Part shown: positions 49,331 through 64,000 of the stretch, piece by piece | Layout of the letters: each line of letters starts with the position of its first letter | Numbering within the stretch: the stretch's first letter is position 1 | Assembly (NCBI RefSeq): GCF_009914755.1 | Contig: NC_060931.1 | Direction: 5' to 3' (one strand) | DNA: 64,000 bases | DNA from: the human T2T-CHM13v2.0 reference genome, Homo sapiens | Program-made: the position numbers and the translations under genes | Notes under the pieces: generated by a model | Told to the model about the DNA's origin: nothing | Seen by the model: the letters and a program-made list of their open reading frames with translations, nothing else | Databases searched by the model: none

Positions 49331-50984
49331 TCATCCACGCAGCAGCAACTTCTGGTGAACACACTGTTCATTATTCCAGGCACCACTTATGCAGTCTGTC
49401 TTTCCCTGATACAAATTCTCAGATTTCTTTGAAATTAAAACTGTTCTAAATCTGCATACTGGATATTACTTCATTCACATTATATTTATTTTAATTATGT
49501 AACACAAAGTTGTAAAACTTCTGTTAGTCTTAATATAGACTCATATATGTCCTGTGTCATCAATGTGAATTCCATTTTCAATCCTCACCTCAGGATGATT
49601 ACGAGCAAAGCACAGTGTGTCTAAGCTCCAATGCTTCACACTAAAAACAGCAACAAAGGCCACCAGTTGCAAAACAGAATCGTTCTCGCTCTCAGATGTG
49701 TTCTTTTTATCCTTAAAATCAGAGCATTCATTTCCGTTTGGATGCACTATTTATTTTTATATCAGAAATTATTTTCACTTAGCAGTTGAATGGAATTTGT
49801 TTGCAGGCTTTCTTTCAATAGTATTTCCTTCTTCTTGAGGATATATGAATTCTAAGGAAACTGCAGCACATTTTGTAAAAATCCAAACCAATTATCTCAC
49901 CCCTGCCTACAAAGAAGTCTTTGTTATTTTTCTATTATTATTAAAATATATCAGCAAGATTTTTTGGCCTTTATAGTTCTTTGGTATTTCAAAATGCTTC
50001 TGTATGATGTTATTGCTTTAAATCATCACAAACCCTGTGAAGAAAGAATTATTTTTCTAATTTACAAATAAAGAAACTGAGGTCTTAGAAGACTGAATTC
50101 ATTTCCTCGTCTCTCTTTCTTTGCACTATGGGTTATCTTGATGCTTTACTGATCCTGCTCTCCCCTGAGACATGTGGACTCTGTTACTGTTTTCAGCAGG
50201 AAAATCATGGTTCTATTAATAGGACATGTGAATCTTTTTATTTCCTGTAATGAAAAGAGCACAAAAAGGAAACTTTGATTTGTGTAACGTAATCGTATGG
50301 ATCATATCAACCCATTACCCTGGGTATAGAGCAGTTTCCCAGTTTCACATCCGTCATTCTGCTGAAATGGGTGGCTTTTTTCCACATTTTACTCACCTGA
50401 TGGATTTGATATAAAACCTGTTTTTCTATGGATGTGAGGCTCTGGAGGTTTTGTAGTCTATCAACACATAAAGGCTGCCTGGCATTACAGCACTCCTGCT
50501 CTGCACAGTGGTGGAGTGTAGCTAAATGCAGCTCAGTCTTTTTACAGCTCAGCTATGACCATCCTTCATTACAACAGGGCAGATGATAAAATGGAAACTT
50601 AATGCTATTAGATCATGAATTCCAATTATATGAAGAGAGATGGAGGTAAGAGAAATTAGATGCCAAAAGGAGATACAATAAAGACAGAAGTGACGTTCAC
50701 AGGGCTGGCAGTTCTCAGAACCATTGTCACCCATCATTGTCAGTACCACCTGAGGACCCGGTGAAGATGACTAGCATATCAGATATCTGAGAAGGGAAAT
50801 GCTGAGTGTGTCCAAACATCCAAACAAATAATGCCAAACCTAGAAAAGCTTCTGTCCATATGGGTTAAATAGCTCTTCAATTCTGAAACTGTCAAAAGTA
50901 GGCTTTGCAGATGGTCATGTCAAGCAATGATAATAACTGGTAGTGGAATTCCCATGGTTCAAATTTATTAAAAAAAACACACTA

Positions 50985-52250
<1,266 letters not shown>

Positions 52251-52493
52251 AAAATAGGCATTTCTTACTGGACAGCTTTACCTTGATGATTTATACTGAA
52301 GATCTAACTTATGCACAAATTTGGGAATCGTTAACATATGATTAGTACTTGAAATCATGAAATGGGTGAAAATTACTCAGGAAAAGAAAAAAAGCATAAA
52401 TATTCATCCCTGGGACACAGGAACATTTTGAAGTTGTCATTCCCCAGAGTCACCCCCACCCCCATGGCACTTCAGTGTACTGCACACTTTGAG

Positions 52494-52800
<307 letters not shown>

Positions 52801-53469
52801 TAAAAGATTCAGTCTTGTTATTCCCCGCTTTCTGGAATCAATCACATAGCAACCTTTAGGGCTTACCCAGGACAGAAATTGGAGTGAGGACAGGAAGGCC
52901 ACAAGTTCCCATGACACACCTAGCTATTCACGTCTCCGCTTCTAGTTATTAACTTTGAGCCCCGGTAGACCTAGGATTACTCAGGCATAAATAATAGCCC
53001 CCCAAATGAAAAGTGGGAAATTGTAGAGCCCTAATGTGGAGAGCCTGAAGAGCTTCATAAAAAAATCTTAGACTTGTTCCCACCCTCCAAACATGTGAAA
53101 CACACAACTGTTTCAAACATTTTAAATGTACCGAAATTACCTCATAAGTACCCTTTATATTTAAATGCACTAATAATGGGATTGACATGTAAGAATTTCC
53201 ATGACTAGGAACAAGCCCGTTTTACCACAAGCCCCAGAACCTGGCTATAGGTCAGCTCACAGCAGTGCAGGAAGCACCTCAACTGCTTTCACCAGCATAT
53301 TCTTTTTCTCTGTGGGACCCCATCCCCATTCTAGCCCAAAGGACCCGAATCACAGAGACACACAGGGTGAAATATTTATGTTGTTGACTCCTCCCGCAAA
53401 CTTGTCCTCTGATCATTTTGTGTTGCAGCCGTGAAACAGGCTTGCTGGACGGGAAGAAATGCTGCAGAG

Positions 53470-53830
53470 AGAGTGGCTGACTCAAACCCATGGACAGCAT
53501 TTTATTAATAACTTGCAGCCCTTCATTCTAAGTGAAGCTTGCCCAATAAAATGAGGCCTAGAGCTGAACAAAGCTCCTCTTACCTAACCTGAATGTACAA
53601 AAAAGGTTTAATTAAGGAAGTAATTTTTTTCTCCCGTAAGGAAATCTTGACAAATAGACTCAAATTTGCATGCAAATGAAGCCATCTGGTTGATTGTTGT
53701 CCACAGTCCCCAGCTCACAGGAAACAATAGAAGGCCCTTTGCATAACTCAGAGAATCTGCAAATCTCTAACATTTGGGTCACTAATAATTTTCAGAGTAA
53801 TTAGTCTCTTCAGAGCTGCTATTTACATTG
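53470..53830. promoter_or_regulatory. Candidate developmental enhancer (POU/SOX/bHLH/homeodomain motif cluster)
   Basis: ATTTGCATGCAAAT at 53664-53677; TTAATTAA; CCATCTGG; AACAATAG; TTTGCATAA; TAATTA; TGACTCA in apparently unique sequence. Confidence 0.4.
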
Positions 53831-54549
53831 GAAGGTGTTTGCCATTTACAGCAGAAGCTATAGATATTCTTCTAGGTGCAGCCCCAGTGTGAGCCATTTG
53901 GTGACCTGAGGAAATCACTCAATCTGGGAGGGGAATGACAAGACCATTGGCCACTGGAGCCAGCCTGGCAGCGACACTCCTCACCAAACTGCAGCCCAGA
54001 GTGCCTTCACGCAGTCTTCTCCATGCGAGCCAAACGCAGACTCTTCTAGCCACCATCTCTTCCCCCTTCCTAATTCCCCATCTCCCCTCTGGGGAGGGAG
54101 GAGACAGGGCAGGGGCAGGCACACCAGGCAGGGCCTCTACTTCTCATCACCTGTCTCTGCTACTCTGCAGTTATCTCCCGTAAACATTTGTTCAAATGCA
54201 ATCATGTCCATTGCTTGGGTAACTCTACCTTCTTAGTCGTCAGGTCCCTCCTCCTTTCATCAGATTTTTACTTAATGGCTACTCTACAAAGCGTAACACA
54301 GGGCTGGTGCTCAAGGATGATAGCTCTGATTCATGTGTCCTGAATGGAATTACCAAAAAATTAAAAAAAAAAAAATCAGTGGAGATGAAGAGATAGGGAG
54401 TACAGAGTTTTGGAAGCTAGTGAGGGAGCAGAGGAAGGAAAGAGATGACGAGGACAAAAGGGCAGACATGGGTGAGGTTGAGAGGAGTAAACCAGCTGAG
54501 GAAGTGACCGCTGCAGGCTTAGCTGTCAATCCTGGGGTTTGCTGCTCCC

Positions 54550-54986
54550 CGTGGTTGGAACTGGAGGACATAATGCTCTGTGAAATAAGCCAGGCACCGA
54601 AAACAAATACTGCAAGCTCTCATGCATGAGTGGAATCTAAAACAACAGACTCAGAGAAGCAGAGAGGAAGATGGTGGGTACAGAGGCTGGAAGGTGCAGG
54701 GAATGGGGAGATGGTCAAAGAGTGCAGTTAGGAGGAACATGCTTGGTTGGTTAAGTTGTATTGCACAGCTTGGTGAATGTAGTTAGTAATAGAATATGTA
54801 TATTTCACAATTGCTAAGGATGAATTTCAAATGTTCTTATCCCCCAAAATGTTAAGTATTTGAGGTGATGGATATGTTAAGTACCTTGATTTAATTATTT
54901 CACTTCATATTCATAAATCATAACATCACTTTGTACCCCATGAATTTATACAATTATACATTGTCAATTTATGATTTCTAAAAAAG
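54550..54986 (+). mobile_element. L1MA-type 3' end
   Basis: gaactggaggacataatgctctgtgaaataagccaggcac...gaggtgatggatatgttaa. Confidence 0.8.
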
Positions 54987-55269
54987 CATTAGTACCTGTG
55001 GTAAATCAGGCTCAGGGGAAAAGCCTCAGGGTTTGTCGTCTTACTGTTCACACATTGAAGGAAAAGAGGCTCCTCTTCCATCTTTCCCCATTCCTTGGCC
55101 AAGCCCTTGCACAGGCTGACTGTAAGTGAAATTAAAGAATATCAGTGTAGTAGTAAGTAATCACATTTGTTGATCTTTTGTTTTGTGCCTAGCACTCTGC
55201 TAAATGTATTTCATGGGTTATCTCCTGAGATTCTTACCATACCCTATAAAAGAGGTTCCACTGTTATTC

Positions 55270-56239
<970 letters not shown>

Positions 56240-56699
56240 ATTCCACTGTACACATGAGGATTTAGGAAGGCCAAATGATCTGCCTCACGTTGCCCAGTAG
56301 GTGGAGATGGTAGAGCCAGAATGGGAACCTGGAGGTCGGCTTCCTCAGCCTGCACACGGAAACAGTGCAGGGAAGCTTCACCAGGTGACAGCCCAGAGCA
56401 GCCCAGGGACTCACTTCCTGTCATCACTCCCACCCCCCACCACCTCATCCTGGTAGTACCACCCGCGCCAATGCTTCTAGGGCTCTTGCTGGACCCACAG
56501 GTGGACTGTGACTTCAGTCTGTTACCTCCTTCTCTTCATTCTCCACGAAAGAACTTCAGCACATCACAAGTTCAGTTACTTCACTACTGGCAGTAAAGGA
56601 AAATCTGTAAGTCCAGGCTGTTGACAGGCAGGTGGGAAGCAAGCTGTGGAGCTCCAAGAGGCCCAGGAACCGGAGGCAGGCAAGGGCCGGGCTCAGAGC

Positions 56700-59040
<2,341 letters not shown>

Positions 59041-59095
59041 GAAATGCTGTCCATCAGAAAATGTGCTCAGAAAGCTTGAAGTTGGAATCCTATAC

Positions 59096-59516
59096 TATCT
59101 TAGTCTGTTCTTGCACTGCTGTAAAAAAATACCTGAGACTGGGTAATTTATAAAGAAAAGAGGTTTAATTGGTTCACAGTTCCCGCAGGCTGTACAGGAA
59201 GCATGATGCTGGCATCTGCTCCGCTTCTTGGGAGGCCTCAGGAAACTTACAATCATGGCAGAAGGCAAAGGGGATGTACACATACCCCGTGGATGGAGCA
59301 GGAGCAAGAGAGAGAAGGGAAGGTGCTGCACACTTTAAACAACCACATCTCATAAGCACTCAATCACTATCACAAAGACAGCACCAAGGGCAATGGTGCT
59401 AAACTATTCATGAGAAACCGCCCCCAGGATCCAATCACCTCCCACCAGGCCCCACAACATTGGGGGTTACAATTAGACATGAGATTTGGGTGGGAACACA
59501 GATTTAAACCATATCC
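59096..59516 (-). mobile_element. MSTA-like (ERVL-MaLR) solo LTR
   Basis: aatacctgagactgggtaatttataaagaaaagaggtttaattgg...catgagatttgggtgggaacacag...aaaccatatc. Confidence 0.88.
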
Positions 59517-61854
59517 AATACCAAATAATCACTGGTCGGATTCAAGTAAGTGGCTGCTATGAAATTTGTGTGAAGATATGATAGTGCATTTTCTATTGAT
59601 GCTTAATTGGGGTTTAAAATGATGTGATGATGGAGACCAGCAAGCCTGCTTTGCAGGCTCAGCCCCGCTCTCCTGCACTAGCTAGAGGTGCCTCCCTGGT
59701 TCCTCTTGCCACACGTGATGAGCCCTGGCCTTGCCTAACATGCAGTCACAAAGCTTCTCATGTGATTGACTCACTTCCAAGCTGCAGAGCCTTCAGTGTC
59801 ATCTCGATCATTCTGTAAAGCTTTTGACTCCAGCCCCGGGCTGGGTCTCCAGTCCCTCTCTACCTGCCTCATTATTCTGTTACTGTTGACTGACCCTTCC
59901 AGTCTCAGACACTAATTTCTGTTCTGTCTCACATCTTTCATATCTTCCCTCTCAGTTTCCAGCCTTGCCTCCTCCACTTATCCGTGCTGGCCTGGTCCCT
60001 GCCACCTCCTTTGGCACTCTCTTTGCCATATAGTGAATCTCTTATTCCCAGCTTGGCATTCTCACCCATTGTCACTTTACCTCCATAGCACTGACCTTGG
60101 TAGCAAGTACAAATTGCAGTGATTTCAATAACCTTAAGGTTATGATACCATCAGTCTTGCAAATGCATGGTATTGTTCAATGAAGTCTATAGGGAGTTAT
60201 AGAAATAAAGCCATGGATAAGGAGAATTATGGTGTGCTAGTGGAAGCAGTATCCAGTTATCAGTAGGTGCTAAAGCAGCATTAGTTTTTATTTATATTTA
60301 TTTAGCATCTTTAACACCCAGGTTACCAAAAAGAACATTCTGTCTCATGAGGACTTTGTAAAAGGAGTGAAAATGGATATAAATGAGAGGGGCAATGAGT
60401 TACTTATGTATTGATTGAATAATTATTTATGAATGGTGACTATATTCTGAGGCTGAAGATTACTGAGAGGAAATGTTTTCATGCCGGCTTTCATGGAGTC
60501 TATGATCAGTTGGGAGCAGTATCAACAAACAATAATAACTCTTTGCATCCAGAAGCGCTATCAGCACTGGAAAAGGCACGCATATAATCTTGTTATAATA
60601 AAAAAATCCCAGAGATTGGGCAACAGATTCCTCAGAACAGGACTCAGAGATGGTGACCATGGGCTGGAGCAGAAGCATCCATGATTTATTATTTGTACCA
60701 CACTCACTGAAAGCCTGTAAGTCCACATCCCATTAAGCATGTTTACTTACAAATCCCATCCATGTGCCACTGCATTTATATAGTGTACATTATAAAGTAT
60801 AACTAAAATCGATATTAAAGGATAACATTTTTAAAATAAGTAAAAGCAGAAGTTCTAACATCATCTGCCTGAGCCCCAGTGATCACCCTTGGCACCTCCT
60901 GAGCCGCACTCCTACTTTGATACCATCAGTCTAATCCAGAGTGGAGTCCTCCCTGTTGCTTCTGAAGAATCTGGATTTAATAAGCTCATCCAGAGATTTG
61001 AGATAACTCACAATTGACAACTCCAAGGGCATCATGTGATAATCCAGATGTTTCCAGGATAGTGGGAAAAACCATTTGTACAAGGCATGACTTCCCCGTG
61101 AATGAGTCTATTCAAGAGATCAAATTAGATTGAAGTTGCTTAGTGAGCATAGAATTAGAATAAATGGAATTGTGGTCTATAGAGATATTTCATCACACTT
61201 GAATAACTGATGGAACTACTTTTCTCCTCTCTGCGGATATTTCTGTCTGAATAACCAGTGCTGGGCCTCAAATAAATACTGACATGTTTTACTTTTAGCT
61301 TTCCTTTTTCTAGAATCATTTTAGACAACTGCCCTTCTGTTAATACATCACCACCTCAGAAAATAAGAAGGTACTTGATTGGATTGAAATTTTAAAATGT
61401 TAATTGCATTCGTATCCTGGGGATACAGCCTAAAGAGACAGAATTGCTTTGCTTAAGGCTGAAGTCTGGCTGGGGACTTTGATCTCTGCAGGCTCTCGGG
61501 TCCTTAAAGGGCTCTCACCCAATTAGGATGAGCTGAATCCTTCTGGCCCTGGGCCTCATCTTTATTCCCTCCCAGCTTCAGGACTCTCTGATGAGCGAGA
61601 GCGTAGATTTAGGTTTTCTCACAGAGGTGCACCTGAACGCCTCTTGCTGTGTAGTAAGGCAGATGTTGAGGGGGGAGGAAGGCTTACCCTTGATAACTAG
61701 CAACTTGAGCTTTGCAAAGCGCCTTTCTGTTCCTGTTACCAGTAGCCTACACTACATCATACAATATTCTCCTCCCCAAGAAGAAAGCAACCTATTTGCC
61801 TATTTTCTCCTACTGAAATCTATGATTTTATACTTTGTTTAAAAAAAAAATAGC

Positions 61855-62155
<301 letters not shown>

Positions 62156-62259
62156 AGCTTAAGACTGCACTAAGATTAGGAACACATTAAGAACAGTTTT
62201 TACCCTAATGAAGATATTTACAAACATATTTTGCACTAGTTCCCTGTTTATGTATTACC

Positions 62260-62588
62260 TGCGACAGTAATTAATAGGAATGCCATTGGCTGAGACAGCT
62301 TCAGAGCCCTAGATACCTAGGGAAGCAAGCCAAATCCTCTTCAATGTAAATACTGAAACGAAACTAAGCTTATCAGCAATCAGAAACCACCACCTAACCT
62401 CTAACTAAAGACTTTCCACATTAACCAATCAAACGGTTTCTTTGTCTTGCATCCACAAACACATTTCTCTCTCTCCAACCCCGCACCCCAGTAGACAACT
62501 TGAATTCTGGTGCTGCCCAATTCACGAATCACTGAATGTCCAAATAAACATGTTAAGATTTTAATATGCCTAAGTTTATCTTTTAACA
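62260..62588 (+). mobile_element. ERV1 LTR (MER57-group-like)
   Basis: 3' end gctgcccaattcacgaatc...aataaac...ttttaaca; near-TSD tacc/tgcc. Confidence 0.65.
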
Positions 62589-63769
62589 TGCCTGGGGACT
62601 TATCTAGATGTTGCTATATTCTAGACATTTCTAAAAACAAAAACAAACAGCATTAATTAAATAAGACCATATTTTAATATTTCATAATTTAAAATTATGA
62701 CTTAAGCATGGCAGAACCAACACAAAGTAACTTTTATTTGAAAATAGTAGCTCAATTTAATATTGCATATGTGTATAATTTGCATAAAAGGAAGGAAAAA
62801 TATCATTTGTGTATGAATAGAAACTAATGGAGTGCACTTAGTTGATTCATTGTGCCTTTTGGAGAAAAGATATAGCAAATACCGTGTTTTTTAAAAAGCA
62901 TACATTTGGAGTTTAGTATCAGAGCTCAAGGCTTTAGTAACTGCTTTAAATCACACCCATATATTTTAGTCTTTAGCTGTGACAGTAAGTGTACTCAGAA
63001 ATGTGCACATTAAAAAGGAATTTCTCCCCTGAAGATGAAGTTGAGAGCCAACTCTTGATCCCATATTAAATTCTTAGTCCATCTGTCCTAATGGAGTCTG
63101 AGTAACGCAGTTTGGTGTTTTTATTGCATCCTGCGAGCTGCTTTTCTCCTGGAAACACTGGCTGCTCTGTCAGGCAATGAGTGGGGAGAGGCAGCTGGTA
63201 CAATCACATCTTCTCCAAGAGCTCAAGGACAGAGGCTGGCTGAGAGCCATTTGGTGGGCTCACTGCCTCATCCCCATACTATACAACAATCCCACAGGCC
63301 AGAGCCTCACCTGCAGTCCCCAGGAGGAAGTAGGAAGGGAAGAGAAGGCAACTCACCTCTGAGAGTTTGGCGCAGGAGAGGTGAGGAAACTGCCCTAGCC
63401 TAGTCTGGTCACTTCTGCCTCGTTCCCGGCTCCTCACCTCCTCCAGGCTCCGTCAGTTGTATTCCTGAAGCACCTGCACCAGGTGTCTGGGTGGCCGTTG
63501 ACACAGGAGTGAGCACTGGCTCTTCCAAGGCAGAGGTGGATGAAAAGCAAGAGCAAACTACCAAAAACTTTGTTCTTACTTTGTCATCCTGAGGTTTATC
63601 TCAGATGCTGCTTGCACCAGACCAAAGCTACCAGTACATATGCAGGAGTTCAAAACAGCCCCCACCCACCCACAGAGTAACCCCAGGGGCTTCTCCCAAT
63701 TGTTGTGTCTATTGGCATTTACTTCTTAGAGTCCCATAGGACTCCTTGGTAGGAACCCCAACTATATCA

Positions 63770-63930
63770 ATCTTTATTGTTATATAATTATAAAATATTG
63801 TTTATCATAAATATTATAAAATATTTTATTGTACAATTTATAGAAATTCTATATTAATATTTAATTTTATATAGATTGTATATATTAATACTTTAAATAT
63901 CTTTATATGTAAATGAATATTATATAGACA
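63770..63930. repeat. AT-rich low-complexity tract
   Basis: Directly visible. Confidence 0.8.
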
Positions 63931-64000
63931 CACATATAACTTTTGGAAAGTCAAAAATATATTTGTGAGGATTTGGTCCAATGTTGTTCAACAGAATGAG

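Noticed and set aside
49541-49851. Candidate exon as protein-coding (68-aa track ORF)
   Set aside because: All three frames contain stops between the acceptor and donor; retained only as a non-coding exon candidate

Overview
Primate (human-like) nuclear genomic DNA from a repeat-rich intergenic or intronic region. I find no supportable protein-coding gene, RNA gene or CpG island. Many of the longer ORFs in the track are read-throughs of Alu, L1 or LTR sequence, and I recognise no protein family in the rest. The window holds about 30 Alu or Alu-monomer copies (several with target-site duplications, TSDs), a rearranged near-full-length L1PB-type element (9.6-14.5 kb), a 3.1-kb L1MA-type element, further L1 3' ends, several solo LTRs (MER4 group, MLT2A, MSTA, MLT1 and others), hAT and Tigger/Mariner DNA-transposon fossils, MIR/L2 relics and microsatellites. 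The non-repeat islands contain a near-consensus CTCF site (~30.24 kb), a dense POU/SOX/bHLH/homeodomain motif cluster (~53.5-53.8 kb), an ETS+YY1 composite (~48.67 kb) and a series of minus-strand splice signals that could outline a spliced lncRNA. Repeat subfamily names come from my recall of consensus sequences and need RepeatMasker/Dfam confirmation. No novel biological system is demonstrable from the sequence alone. The best leads are the L1PB inversion/deletion with a fold-back junction, the putative enhancer and insulator elements, and the putative lncRNA.
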